A stretch of 63,959 nucleotides of DNA, the filler included, from a bacterium (GTDB taxonomy: Bacteria > UBA9089 > CG2-30-40-21 > SBAY01): the NCBI GenBank assembly GCA_040757115.1. It is 14 parts of 14 records of this genome, joined end to end, with 100 filler letters (N's around TTAATTAATTAA, not from the genome) between each part and the next. Parts side by side here need not be neighbours in the genome. Positions count along the whole stretch, not along the records: positions 24,469 to 49,496 come from JBFLYA010000036.1; positions 49,597 to 52,504 come from JBFLYA010000359.1; positions 52,605 to 55,473 come from JBFLYA010000360.1; 11 more parts are not named here. One strand, written 5' to 3'. This document shows positions 39,725 to 52,808 of the stretch, piece by piece. Within the stretch, counting starts at the first letter, position 1. Each line of letters begins with the position of its first letter. A program made the translations under genes and the position numbers. The notes beneath the pieces were generated by a model, which worked only from the letters and a program-made list of their open reading frames with translations, did no database searches and was not told the DNA's origin.

Positions 39725-39808
39725 TTATTTTTCTCTCCTTTATTTTTGGTAAATGGTAACTGGTGAATGGTAATTAGTTACCAGTACCATTTAACCGATT
39801 ACCTACCT

Positions 39809-40987
39809 TTAATTTCGTGACGCCCTAATTCTTTCTTCAATCAATTTCGACATCTGGTCTATTCTGACCTCCCATGTATTTTCTTTAGCAATTTCTATTC
39901 GTTTCTGGCGTCCTTTCAGGTCATTCTCTGACAATGCCTTTTCAATATTTTGAGCAAATGCCTCTTTATCCCTGGCGATATAACATATTTCCTTATATTC
40001 CTCTACAGCCGAAAGTTGTGTCAGAACAACTGGTTTTCCTGTAGCCAGATATTCAAAAAATTTCATCGGAAACATATTTTGGGTATATTCATTAATGACA
40101 TTGGGTAAAATACAAACATCAAATGGTTTAATATAGGCAGGTAAAATTTCATATCTTTTCCCACCCAGCATAAAAATATTTGGAATAGAGCCTAATTCTT
40201 TTACCCCCTTTTCATCTTCAGTTTCTACCACATCCCCAATTAAGACTATTGACCATTGCGGATGGGTTGTGGCGATATATTTAATAATCTCAAAGTCAAG
40301 TTTGTAAGAGATAATCGTGCCGATAAATCCAATAATTGGATGTTTAATTCTGGCTATATCCGCTGGTAATGGTAAATCTTCCAGAGCTGTCATAAAATGC
40401 GGCACATCAGCCACATTAGGCAGATAATAGGTATTTTGATTAAATACCTTCTTTTTTTCAAACAATAATCTGGATGTGGTAAAAATTAGGTTAGCCTTTT
40501 TAAGTAATTCTTCCTCCATTTCTATGATAGAATCAGGTATCCCTGGTGTCGCCGATAATTCATCAACACAATGATAAACCACTAACTTTTCATTTAATCG
40601 ACCAATTAAAGACTTCGCTGGAGGTGAGTATGTCCACAGGATTGGTTTTTTAAATCCTAATCTTGCCAGCAGTAATTTTAGTGTTAGCCAGAGGACTAAA
40701 TGATTTATCTTTTGAACAATCTTAACCTTATGCAATGGTAAAATTATTGGTGAATAAACAAACAGGTTTTCGTTTATCTGGCGTGGTCCTTTGAACCAAT
40801 CTTTTATCCGCTTTAATATTCGCAAGATATCCTTTTTCTTAATCGTTGGCTGTCGTAACCCTAAAGACTCAATATACAGAATTTTATTCGTCTTTGATAG
40901 CCGGGACATAATGTGTTGTTTATTCGTCCAGGCAATGTTATCCCAATCCGCAGTTGAGATACAAAGGATGTTTTCCCCATTGAGCAT
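39809..40987 (-). CDS. GT-B glycosyltransferase (TuaH-like)
   Basis: VVYHCVDE, PMKFFEYLATGKPVV; ATG at 40987 preferred. Confidence 0.88.
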   Translation of the reverse strand: MLNGENILCISTADWDNIAWTNKQHIMSRLSKTNKILYIESLGLRQPTIKKKDILRILKRIKDWFKGPRQINENLFVYSPIILPLHKVKIVQKINHLVLWLTLKLLLARLGFKKPILWTYSPPAKSLIGRLNEKLVVYHCVDELSATPGIPDSIIEMEEELLKKANLIFTTSRLLFEKKKVFNQNTYYLPNVADVPHFMTALEDLPLPADIARIKHPIIGFIGTIISYKLDFEIIKYIATTHPQWSIVLIGDVVETEDEKGVKELGSIPNIFMLGGKRYEILPAYIKPFDVCILPNVINEYTQNMFPMKFFEYLATGKPVVLTQLSAVEEYKEICYIARDKEAFAQNIEKALSENDLKGRQKRIEIAKENTWEVRIDQMSKLIEERIRASRN

Positions 40988-41136
40988 AACTAAATATATT
41001 ACCACAAAAATCAGTAAAAGTCAAAATATTTTTTTAGCTATCTGAAGTAATAACAACCCCTAACCCCCTAAAATTTAGCTAACAGAAAAAAAATAACTTG
41101 ACAGATGTTTGATAGAAAATATATAATTTTTTTATT

Positions 41137-43122
41137 ATGCTCAAATGGGTCATTAGTGGACTATTTATCTTATTAATATTTATTGTCTTTGGGACATTTA
41201 TCTATTGTCATCGGATACCATTAAATTTTAGCCTTGTTTATCTCCAGCAGTTTTTCCAATTTTGGTCCTGGCATTTTATCTTCCAGAACCTTCAAGAGTT
41301 TTTCCTGCTGATTATCTTGATATTAAGTGCGGCGGGTGTTGGTTATAAATTATTAAAATTATTTTGCTTAAAATTTTATACGGCTAAAGTTGAGGTTATC
41401 TTTTCCGTTGGGCTTGGCTTTGGTTTCTTTTCACTTTTTACCTTAGGGTTAGGGTTGTTAGGATTGCTTTCATCCTGGATTTTTTATCCCTTAGTTTTAT
41501 GTTCATTTTTTATCTCATATATTGAGGTAAGGTATTTCATTTCTAAGATTATCATCTGGTTAACTGAGATTAAATTAACACCATCAGCAATCATTTTTGG
41601 GATTTGTTTTGTGGCAATCATTCTATTAGGGCTAATCTTAAATATTGGGGGCCCGCCGATATTATTCGATGACCTGGTTTATCATCTGGCTATCCCGGAC
41701 ATTTACATCAAAAATCACAAAATCGTTAATATCCCGCATCTTCTTTTCTCAAATTATCCACTAAATGCCGAGATGCTATTTACTCTGGCTATTTTGTTAA
41801 AAAGTGATACATTAGCCCAATTGATTCATTTTACCTTTGGCATTCTAAGTGGAGTAAGTATTTATGTTTTTACCCAAACTTATCTGGGACGAAAACAGGG
41901 ATTAGTCGCACTTTTAATCTTCTTTAGTATGCCTTCTGTTGTCTTAACGATGAGTTTTGCCTTTAATGACCTCGCATTGACATATTATGTTATTCTGGCT
42001 GTTTATGCCATGCTTAATTGGATTAAGATAAATGACCGGCGATGGTTACTTTTAAGCGGGATTATGACCGGTTTGGCAGTTGGAGTAAAATACTCTGGTC
42101 TCCTTTGTTTTATTATTCTCTTTTTGGCTATCATTAAACATAAGCCTGCCTTAAAAGAACTATTTATTTTCTCTTTAATGGTATTACTCCCTGTTTTGCC
42201 CTGGCTTATAAAAAACCTTATCTTTGTCAAGAATCCTGTTTATCCATTTCTCTATGGAATACTTGGGGGGGAGAATTGGGATATTTTTAGCGCTCAGAGA
42301 TTTAACCAGGAAATGAGCCATTACGGTCCTTCACATTCAGGAATATTAAGATATTTAATTTTACCTTTCTTTATCACCTGTGATTGGCGCACCGGGGATA
42401 TTCCGATAGGTCCATTAGTTCTTTTGTATCTTCCATTTTTATTTTTTATTAAGAATGTGGATAAGACGATTAAATATTTACTTATCTTCTGTGGGCTTTA
42501 TTTTTTCTTCTGGACAGCTACCTCAATGGTCATTCGCTTTTTATTCCCCTGTATTGCCTTTTTATGTCCGATAGTGGCTTATGTGATTAAAGAGATAAGG
42601 AAATCACCAATTTATGAGTTGCCAATAGCTATTGCCCTTATCTTAAATATCTATACCCTTTCTACGGTTATTGGTCAGCACGCGGATTTTTACCTGGGAA
42701 ATAAAACCAGGCAAGAAAAACTTTTATCAGCACAACCGGTCAAAGATTATTATCAGGCAATTAAATTTATTAATGAAAATCTACCTCCTGGGAGTAAAAT
42801 TTTATTCATTGGGGAACCAAGAAGATACTATTGTGAAAAAGAGGTTTTAACCTCAACAGAACTGGATACAGCCATCATTTCCAAATTAGTCAAAGAATCA
42901 AAAACTATTAATGGGTTATTTCATAAACTCAAAGATTTAAAAGTAACCCATATTCTTTATAATAGACATAACATTTCCTGGTTAGAAAGGCAATTTAATT
43001 GTTTTAACTGGCAGGATAAAACTCAAAAAGCACTCTATGAATCCTTTATAAATTCTCTATCTCCAATTTATGCCGCCGGGAAGGTATATCTGTATGAGAT
43101 AAAATACCGAAAAAGTATTTGA
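41137..43122 (+). CDS. Multi-TM GT-C (ArnT/PMT-like) glycosyltransferase
   Basis: DDLVYHL, NYP, GVKYSG, NPVYPF; many TM segments. Confidence 0.75.
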   Translation: MLKWVISGLFILLIFIVFGTFIYCHRIPLNFSLVYLQQFFQFWSWHFIFQNLQEFFLLIILILSAAGVGYKLLKLFCLKFYTAKVEVIFSVGLGFGFFSLFTLGLGLLGLLSSWIFYPLVLCSFFISYIEVRYFISKIIIWLTEIKLTPSAIIFGICFVAIILLGLILNIGGPPILFDDLVYHLAIPDIYIKNHKIVNIPHLLFSNYPLNAEMLFTLAILLKSDTLAQLIHFTFGILSGVSIYVFTQTYLGRKQGLVALLIFFSMPSVVLTMSFAFNDLALTYYVILAVYAMLNWIKINDRRWLLLSGIMTGLAVGVKYSGLLCFIILFLAIIKHKPALKELFIFSLMVLLPVLPWLIKNLIFVKNPVYPFLYGILGGENWDIFSAQRFNQEMSHYGPSHSGILRYLILPFFITCDWRTGDIPIGPLVLLYLPFLFFIKNVDKTIKYLLIFCGLYFFFWTATSMVIRFLFPCIAFLCPIVAYVIKEIRKSPIYELPIAIALILNIYTLSTVIGQHADFYLGNKTRQEKLLSAQPVKDYYQAIKFINENLPPGSKILFIGEPRRYYCEKEVLTSTELDTAIISKLVKESKTINGLFHKLKDLKVTHILYNRHNISWLERQFNCFNWQDKTQKALYESFINSLSPIYAAGKVYLYEIKYRKSI

Positions 43123-43148
43123 CAAAGGGAGATATATTTATGATATAA

Positions 43149-43397
43149 TATAGCAGTTATTAGTCAAAATTTTACTCAGAGTGAATAAGTAAAAAATCCC
43201 AAATCCCAAGCACCAAATCCCAAATAAGCACCAAATTCCACATACCAAAAAGCGAATTAGAGATTAGTGAATTAGAGATTAGATTTTACTAATTCGCTAA
43301 TTCGCTTAATTCACTAATTCACTAAATGGAATTTGGAATTTGTGATTTGGAATTTCATAGCCATATTTGGGTCAAATTTCGATTAATAAGTGCTATA
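43149..43397. mobile_element. MITE family J (TA-flanked, IS630-like ends)
   Basis: TATAGCAGTTATTA...TAATAAGTGCTATA; relatives at 46459-46682, 48613-49089, 60149-60368. Confidence 0.8.
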
Positions 43398-43409
43398 AGA
43401 GGGAGGTAA

Positions 43410-45107
43410 TTGAATACGGTGGATGCGATTAAGGTAAAAAATGTTTCCTTTGCATATCAGGATATGCATTATAATGTCTTAAATAAGATGAGTCTTGATG
43501 TCCAGCAAGGTAGTCTTGTTGTCATTATGGGCAAAAGTGGGGCGGGGAAATCTACACTTTGTCGAGTTCTAAATGCCTTAATTCCTAAATTTTATAACGG
43601 TCTATTTTATGGGACAGTGGAAATTCTTAATGAACTGACAGTCGAAAAAAAGGTATTTGAAATGGCGAAAGATGTAGGTATGGTTTTCCAGGACTTTGAA
43701 TCCCAGTTATTTTCAACTAATGTAGAATTAGAATGTGCCTTTGGGCCAGAGAACTTTTCTGTTTCAAGAGAGGAAATAAACCAACGGATAAGAGAATCAT
43801 TGTTTAAGGTGGGATTAACAGGTTTTGAAAGAAGGAATTCAACCACACTCTCAGGTGGTGAAAAACAACGATTAGCGATTGCCTCTATTTTAGCTATGAA
43901 GCCTACAATATTGGTTATGGATGAACCAACGACGGATTTAGACCCACTTGGTAAATCAGAGATTTTTGCCATCTGCTCACTTTTAAAAGAAGAAGGTGTA
44001 ACCTTATTTTTAGTCGAACATGAGATTGAACTGGCATATTACGCTGATAAAATCATCCTGATGGACCGCGGGGAGATAGTATTAGAAGGGAAATCAGATG
44101 AAGTCTTACGCAAAGTAACACTTTTAGAAAGATGTGGTATCCGACCACCTCAAATACCTAAATTATTTCAAGAACTTAGATATAAAAAGAAACTACCTTT
44201 GAATCTCGAGGATGCTCATCAAATCTTCAAAGAGCAAAACTGGCAAATACCAGAAGGAAGATACAATGTTCTGAAATGGCAGGATGCCAAAAGGACAGAA
44301 TTCTACCAGGAACCAGTGATTGAGGCGGCAAATTTAGAATATACTTATCCGGATGGACATAATGCCTTAGCGGGAATAGATCTGACGATTAGACAGGGAG
44401 AATTTGTGGCGATTTTAGGGCAAAATGGCTCTGGTAAAACTACACTTGCCAAACATTTCAATGGACTTCTTAAACCAACAAAAGGCAATGTCCTTATTTC
44501 CGGGATAAATACTCGCCGTAGAAAAACATCTGACCTGGCAAAAGAAGTAGGTTTTGTCTTCCAAAATCCTGATTGTCAAATATTTGAAAACACGATATTT
44601 GATGAAATTGCCTTTGGCCCGCGAAATCTTGGTGTTCCAGAAAAAGAAGTTTCAAGACGAGTGTATGATGCCTTAAATGCTGTCCAATTAGAGGTGTATG
44701 AAAATGATGACCCATTTGCCCTTACCAAAGGTGAAAAACAAAAATTAGCCACGGCTGGAGTCCTTGCCTGCACACCCAAAATTATAATCTTAGATGAACC
44801 AACAACCGGCCTGGATTATTATGAGATATTAAGCATAATGAATCTTTTAGTCGAATTAAATAAAAGAGGTCACACAATTATTATCATTACTCATTGTATA
44901 TGGGTTGCGGCTGAATATGCCCATCGGATTATTGTCTTAGAAAAAGGCAAAATCATCTTTGATGATATTCCAAGAATGGTGTTTAAGGAAGAAACCCAAC
45001 TCAAAAACTCACATATCTTGGTTCCAGAAATAATCTCTTTAAGTAATATCTTATGTAATCTAACCTTACTATCCGTAGAAGAATTTAAGTTCTGTTTGTT
45101 AGACTAA
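43410..45107 (+). CDS. ECF transporter ATPase with two fused ABC domains
   Basis: Two Walker A motifs; VFQDFESQLF and VFQNPDCQIF; LSGGEKQR. Confidence 0.92.
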   Translation: MNTVDAIKVKNVSFAYQDMHYNVLNKMSLDVQQGSLVVIMGKSGAGKSTLCRVLNALIPKFYNGLFYGTVEILNELTVEKKVFEMAKDVGMVFQDFESQLFSTNVELECAFGPENFSVSREEINQRIRESLFKVGLTGFERRNSTTLSGGEKQRLAIASILAMKPTILVMDEPTTDLDPLGKSEIFAICSLLKEEGVTLFLVEHEIELAYYADKIILMDRGEIVLEGKSDEVLRKVTLLERCGIRPPQIPKLFQELRYKKKLPLNLEDAHQIFKEQNWQIPEGRYNVLKWQDAKRTEFYQEPVIEAANLEYTYPDGHNALAGIDLTIRQGEFVAILGQNGSGKTTLAKHFNGLLKPTKGNVLISGINTRRRKTSDLAKEVGFVFQNPDCQIFENTIFDEIAFGPRNLGVPEKEVSRRVYDALNAVQLEVYENDDPFALTKGEKQKLATAGVLACTPKIIILDEPTTGLDYYEILSIMNLLVELNKRGHTIIIITHCIWVAAEYAHRIIVLEKGKIIFDDIPRMVFKEETQLKNSHILVPEIISLSNILCNLTLLSVEEFKFCLLD

Positions 45108-45109
45108 CT

Positions 45110-45525
45110 GTAAGCGTTCACCGCAGAGACACAGAGACGCAGAGAAAAAATTAAAAACTATTTACCAGGCGCAGGATTCCATCACGGATTTTCATCAGTG
45201 CAAGCTTTTGAGGACCGACATCTCATGATTGGTAACCGTTCACCGCAGAGACACAGAGACGCAGAGAAGAAAATTAAAATTTATTTACGATAGGCTTAAC
45301 ATCCCTGATTTTCATCAGTGCAAGCTCTTGAGTCCAACAACATTAAACTTGCCCTGATGAAAATCAGGGATGGATTAACAAATCTGGCTTGCCGGCTGAA
45401 CATTCGGCAAGCAGGTCCTATGTATTTCAATGGCTACACCAATAATCTTTTCTGTTATCTGATTTATTTCCATATCTTCTCTGTTCCTCTGCGTCTCTGC
45501 GGTAAATTACCACCTGAACGGTTAC
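45110..45525. mobile_element. Composite MITE family B (second left end at 45232) with 8-bp target duplication
   Basis: GACTAACT at 45102-45109 and 45526-45533. Confidence 0.88.
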
Positions 45526-45539
45526 GACTAACTGTTTTC

Positions 45540-45767
45540 GTAAGTGTTCAGCCACTGATAGACACGGATTAGCACGGAATCGGTTTTCAAGTTAATAGGA
45601 CGCAAGATTTTTTCGCAGATTATCAGGATAATAAAAACAAAATAACTTAGAGAGAGATTATACTCTGTCAATGCGATTAAAAAATCTCGAAAAATCTGCG
45701 TTTATCTGCGTCCAACAAAAAAGAAAATCAGTGTTTCATCTGTGTCCCTCTGTGGCTGAATAGCTAC
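45540..45767. mobile_element. MITE family C
   Basis: GTAAGTGTTCAGCCAC...GTGGCTGAATAGCTAC. Confidence 0.8.
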
Positions 45768-46437
45768 TTTTACAGAATATCGCCCTGCCAATCCGAATCA
45801 TATTTGCCCCTTCTTCGAGTGCCACTTCAAAATCATTACTCATTCCCATTGATAAATATTTCATCTCGACATTTTCAATCTGCTGATGAACAATTTCATC
45901 CCTTAAATTAACCAATGCCCTGAAATATGGACGGGTATCTTCTGGATTTAAAACCAATGGAGCAATAGTCATTAAACCTTTAATCCTTATATTGTTAAGT
46001 TTGGCTATTTCTTGAATTAGTTCCAAAGTAGCAACCGGAGAAACGCCAAATTTAGTTTCTTCATTTGAAACATTTACTTCAATCAAGACATCCATTATTT
46101 TATTTATCTGTCCTGCTTGTTCCTCAATCTCTTTAGCCAACTCTAATCTATCCACAGACTGAATCATATCAAAAATCTTTATTGCCTCTTTAACTTTATT
46201 TCTTTGCAGATGGCCAATCATATGCCATTTAATCTCCATTTTTTTAAGTTGGTCAAATTTACCTTTTGCCTCCTGAATACGGTTTTCACCAATGTTGGTA
46301 ATTCCAGAGTTAATTGCCTCTATGATTTGATTTACCCCAGCTGACTTTGTGACTGCAACTAACTCAATTTCTGAAGGGTCTTTTACCACCTGTTTTATTC
46401 GATTTTTTATGATTTCCAAATTTTCCTTAATTGACAT
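45736..46437 (-). CDS. yggS: PLP homeostasis protein
   Basis: LVAVTK, GENRIQE, WHMIGHLQRNK, LSMGMSND; last ~10 aa come from the MITE. Confidence 0.95.
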   Translation of the reverse strand: MSIKENLEIIKNRIKQVVKDPSEIELVAVTKSAGVNQIIEAINSGITNIGENRIQEAKGKFDQLKKMEIKWHMIGHLQRNKVKEAIKIFDMIQSVDRLELAKEIEEQAGQINKIMDVLIEVNVSNEETKFGVSPVATLELIQEIAKLNNIRIKGLMTIAPLVLNPEDTRPYFRALVNLRDEIVHQQIENVEMKYLSMGMSNDFEVALEEGANMIRIGRAIFCKSSYSATEGHR

Positions 46438-46458
46438 AAGTGCCTCGTTTTAGGAAGT

Positions 46459-46682
46459 TATAGCAGTTATTATTCAAAATTTTACTTAGAAATGCCAATA
46501 AGTATAGTAAGTATTAACCAAAAGTTCACATTAGTATTGTTGATAGTTGATGGTTGATGGTTGATAGTCTATGAAACTATCAACTATAAACTATCAACTA
46601 TAAACCATAAACTATAAACTATCAACCATCAACCCTGTTGCTATATCTGTTCTATGAGAAATTTTCGTTAATAACTACTATA
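46459..46682. mobile_element. MITE family J with GTTGATA/AACTATA 7-mer cargo
   Basis: TATAGCAGTTATTA left end; TAATAACTACTATA right end. Confidence 0.7.
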
Positions 46683-46734
46683 AAAGGTAACTGTTCAGCC
46701 ACGGATTAACACAGATTGACACGGATAAAATAGA

Positions 46735-46803
46735 ATGGGTTTAAAATATGAGAAAATTACAGAAGAGATTATCAAAGTGACATTTACGGGGAGATTAAAT
46801 TAA
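46735..46803 (+). pseudogene. N-terminal remnant of a GxxExxY-family gene behind a family C end (46687)
   Basis: MGLKYEKITEEIIKVTF resembles GxxExxY N-termini (recall); preceded by CACGGAT/CACAGAT repeats. Confidence 0.45.
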
Positions 46804-46818
46804 TAAATGAAATAATTT

Positions 46819-48408
46819 TCAGGGAAAATAAAATATCTGAACATCACTGTATACCCTTTGTAAATCTGATTCTAAAATTTTTTTATTTGTAAGTAATTTT
46901 CTTTTTAATTCAAAAAGATTAAAGTATAAACCTCTTGGTCTTTGGATAGTAATAATTTCCCTCTTTTTTTTTGATTTTAATATCTCCTTACTGTAATACG
47001 ATACGCTGTTATCTACTGCTATATATACATCATTCAATTTACATCTATCTATGCTCTTTAGATCATGAAATATATCTACATTTGGATATATTTTTTTGAT
47101 GCTTTTAAGTGTTGCACTCTTATCTTCATCAATAGCAAAAAGTTTCAAAGAAGGCATTGGCTGGAACCTGGAATAAAATAATAAATCCAAAAACAGTGGC
47201 CTAACAACAATAAGTGTTTTTTCTGGATTCATCTTATGAAAGCCATATAATTTCTTTGTTTGGAAGGTGATATTTTTACTATCATCTAAGCAGGTAAATC
47301 CAATGGAACTTATAAGTAAGAAAATTAAGAGTGAATACATCCATTTTTTATTAACTTGCTTGTCTAGAAAGTAAGATAAAATAAGTAATGAAGGAATGGT
47401 AATATATGCTAAATATCTTGGTTCCCTTGTCAATGTCCAGTAATTTGATGCAGAAATAGGACCATAAAATGTATATAACAAAAGAGGAAATATCCAAATA
47501 AGTAATAACATAACAGCTTTATTTTTTTTGTATAAGAAGAATATCCCTATTGGCAAGATTAAATAATAGAAAAAACCAAATTCCTGGTTAACAAAGAGTA
47601 CAGCCAATGGTGAAAGGAACCAATTCAAATCAATTTTAAAATTTTCATTTTGAAGGCAGTTTTTATTAATTATAGAATTTACAACATGAGATCTATGCAA
47701 AATATCACCATTTTGGAAATAGTAAAAACCTGATTCCAGTGCAATTATTATAAAAAATCCTACTAATAAATGGATGAATTCAATTTTAATTTTTTTGTTA
47801 TAAAGCATATATATAACAAGAGGTAAAGCCAGAAAAAGTGCGTTTTCTCTAATGAGGTAGCCAATCCCAATAAACAAACCTGATAGAAGATAATAAATCC
47901 ATTTATTATCTTTTTCTCCTTTCAAGAAACAAAAAATCCCCAATCCTGTGAAAAAAGTGAATGAAACACATGGAAATAAATGGCTTGCATAAATGACCTC
48001 TAAAGGGAAAAATGCCATCAGAAATGCTGATAGTAAAGCTATCCGTTCATTAAAAATCATTTTTCCAAAATAATAGATTAATATTATATTGCCAAGTGAG
48101 CATATAAGGGAAAAAAGGACCAAAGAAATATCACTAACACCAAATAAAAAGAAAGAAAGGGCTGTGGGAATCACCATGCCTAATCTTACTCCCCATTGGT
48201 TATCTCCCGGAGTAAAATCACCAATAGAAAATCTATAGGCTTGTCCCATATAATGTTTATCGTCTCCTTGTACATAACCACTAAAAAAAACTAAACGCAG
48301 GGCCAAGCCGAATAAAACAATAAGAATAATAAATATTTTTGAATATTTGTTTAACTGATAGGAAATTGCTTTTTGAGTGTTTTGGGTATTATATCCATTT
48401 GTGTCCAT
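46819..48408 (-). CDS. ArnT/GT39-like membrane glycosyltransferase
   Basis: ALRL...GDD.HY, multi-TM, EPRYL; very AT-rich. Confidence 0.8.
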   Translation of the reverse strand: MDTNGYNTQNTQKAISYQLNKYSKIFIILIVLFGLALRLVFFSGYVQGDDKHYMGQAYRFSIGDFTPGDNQWGVRLGMVIPTALSFFLFGVSDISLVLFSLICSLGNIILIYYFGKMIFNERIALLSAFLMAFFPLEVIYASHLFPCVSFTFFTGLGIFCFLKGEKDNKWIYYLLSGLFIGIGYLIRENALFLALPLVIYMLYNKKIKIEFIHLLVGFFIIIALESGFYYFQNGDILHRSHVVNSIINKNCLQNENFKIDLNWFLSPLAVLFVNQEFGFFYYLILPIGIFFLYKKNKAVMLLLIWIFPLLLYTFYGPISASNYWTLTREPRYLAYITIPSLLILSYFLDKQVNKKWMYSLLIFLLISSIGFTCLDDSKNITFQTKKLYGFHKMNPEKTLIVVRPLFLDLLFYSRFQPMPSLKLFAIDEDKSATLKSIKKIYPNVDIFHDLKSIDRCKLNDVYIAVDNSVSYYSKEILKSKKKREIITIQRPRGLYFNLFELKRKLLTNKKILESDLQRVYSDVQIFYFP

Positions 48409-48612
48409 TGTGAGGATATTTTACCACAAATTTTATCCTTTGTCAACAGAAAATTATAACGTGCTGTGATTCAGACAGTGAGAGCATTGCGTAGGACATA
48501 AAGTTATATCTACGGTCCCTGGCATTGTGTTACCTCATTTTTTGCCATCTTTTTGTATTTCTTGACATTTTGGAGTCCCAAAAGACAACCCAGAGGGTCA
48601 TTAACCAGTCGA

Positions 48613-49089
48613 TATAGCAGTTATTATTCAAAACTTTACTTAGAATTAAATACTCGTAACTACTCGTAGTGAATTAACAAGTTATGCGTGAACCATATAC
48701 TACACTATGTCAAATTAGGGTGGTGTCTGAAAATAACTCTAATAGTGAAATCTATGCAGATTTGGTGTCCAAAAGGGATTTCCTCCAAAGAGCAAAATGC
48801 AAAAAGCAAATATAAAAATTACATATCAAAATGTAAAATTATCTCTTTCCTTTCAGCGTTAAAATACTTGAAGCAAAGATATTACCAAATTCCTCCAACT
48901 CTTTGAGAAACCCTGCTACTTCCTCTTTGAAATTTGATTTGTAATTTTGCATTTTGATATTTATATTTGATATTTAATATTTAATATTTGATATTTATTT
49001 GTTGTCTCCCTCAAATCCTATTTTGCAGAACCCTATACACTATTTTAACCTTTATGCTAGATTAAGACACCACCCAAATTAGTGCTATA
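48613..49089. mobile_element. MITE family J containing a complete family E element
   Basis: J ends at 48613 and 49089. Confidence 0.75.
48719..49074. mobile_element. MITE family E, complete (IS1-like ends), 8-bp target duplication
   Basis: GGTGGTGTCT...AGACACCACC flanked by CAAATTAG on both sides; four-helix-bundle remnant at 48839-48952 (-). Confidence 0.9.
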
Positions 49090-49113
49090 ACTCTCTATAT
49101 TTTTAGACAATTA

Positions 49114-49255
49114 GGGACGGTTCCTTTTATCGTTTTTCCTATAATTTTTGTTGGAAATTGGAAATTAGAAATTGGGCTTTTGTCTCTCTCCCTAATTTCC
49201 AATTTCCAATTTCTAATTTCAATCCGCAAGCTTTCAAACAAAAGTGAACCGTCCC
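49114..49255. mobile_element. MITE family K
   Basis: GGGACGGTTC...GAACCGTCCC with GAAATTG/CAATTTC 7-mers. Confidence 0.7.
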
Positions 49256-49281
49256 GAGAATTCTACCTCATCCTTCATTTA

Positions 49282-49450
49282 ATGTCCCATAGGGACAACA
49301 TATCGGTAGAAATAAATATCATACAAATAATGTCCCATAGGGACAATATATCGGTAAATGGCTTTCCATAAATTTTCTACCAATATATCGTTCCTACGGA
49401 ACTGATTGATTTATCTATCTATTCCTACCGATATTATGTTCCTAACGGAA
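49282..49450. repeat. REP/BIME-like cluster
   Basis: Two TGTCCCATAGGGACA..TATCGGTA units followed by two inverted TACC.ATAT..GTTCCTA(A)CGGAAC units. Confidence 0.65.
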
Positions 49451-49895
49451 CGATTATTCTCATGCCTTATTTATGGGTATTATCCTATGTAAACTTNNNN
49501 NNNNNNNNNNNNNNNNNNNNNNNNNNNNNNNNNNNNNNNNTTAATTAATTAANNNNNNNNNNNNNNNNNNNNNNNNNNNNNNNNNNNNNNNNNNNNCCTC
49601 CCTTTTATAATTAATATCGGGAGGAAATAGATAATACTTAATACTTTAATTGTCAATTTGTTATAAAAAAACGCAAAAATTTAGTTAGTCTTCAAAAGAG
49701 AGATGAGGAAAAAGAAAGATTAAGAAAAATAAAAAGTAAGGATAAAAAGGAGATGTTCAAATTCAAAGAGATAGGCAGTTTTGCAGTTTTTAGAAAATTC
49801 ACCCCCAAAAACTACCCCCTTTCCTAAAAAACGACTTTTTCAACACCCTCACAAAAATTTGTTGACAGATAAGGTAGGTTTGTGGTAATATATTT

Positions 49896-52032
<2,137 letters not shown>

Positions 52033-52044
52033 CTAGGTAAAAAG

Positions 52045-52401
52045 ATGTTAAGAACAATTTGTAAATCTAAAATTCATCGAGTGACGATTACCGAAACTAA
52101 TTTACATTATATGGGTAGTATTACTATTGATGAAGAATTACTTATCGCCGCAGATATTATGCCACATGAACGCGTCCAGATAGTCAACTTAAATAATGGT
52201 TCACGGGTGGAAACTTATGTAATGCCGGGAGAAAAAGGCGCGGGTAAAATTTGCTTAAATGGTGCCGCCGCTCGCTGGGGACAACAAGGAGACCTTATCA
52301 TCATCATTTCATATGCTTTAATGACCGATGAAGAAGCAAAAAATTACATACCTAAAGTGATAAATGTGGATGAAAGGAATAGGGTAAAGATGGCTAAATA
52401 G
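52045..52401 (+). CDS. panD: Aspartate 1-decarboxylase
   Basis: [23 protein letters not shown]; start corrected to 52045. Confidence 0.97.
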   Translation: MLRTICKSKIHRVTITETNLHYMGSITIDEELLIAADIMPHERVQIVNLNNGSRVETYVMPGEKGAGKICLNGAAARWGQQGDLIIIISYALMTDEEAKNYIPKVINVDERNRVKMAK

Positions 52402-52402
52402 T

Positions 52403-52504
52403 GGTGGTGTCTTAATCTAGCATAAAGGTTAAAATAGTGTATAGGGTTCTGCAAAATAGGATTTGAGGGAGACAACAAATAAATATCAAATATTAAATAT
52501 CAAA
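52403..52504. mobile_element. MITE family E, partial
   Basis: GGTGGTGTCTTAATCTAGCATAAAGG... Confidence 0.85.
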
Positions 52505-52808
52505 NNNNNNNNNNNNNNNNNNNNNNNNNNNNNNNNNNNNNNNNNNNNTTAATTAATTAANNNNNNNNNNNNNNNNNNNNNNNNNNNNNNNNNNNNNNNN
52601 NNNNTTTATCTTTAATCTTTTATAAATTTTTATTTCTGGTTGCATTGTCATCTATTAATATTACCAGATATGTTAAAAAAATGCAAGTAAAAAATGATTG
52701 ACATTTTTTATTTCATAAGGTATAATTTTTTAAAATAGAAAAGTGAGTAACTGGTAACTAATTACTATTCACCAGTTACCAGTTACCACAAATAAGGAGA
52801 GAATTAGA

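Noticed and set aside
49282-49450. Possible CRISPR array
   Set aside because: Only two direct units followed by inverted ones; no run of identical repeats with unique spacers, no cas genes
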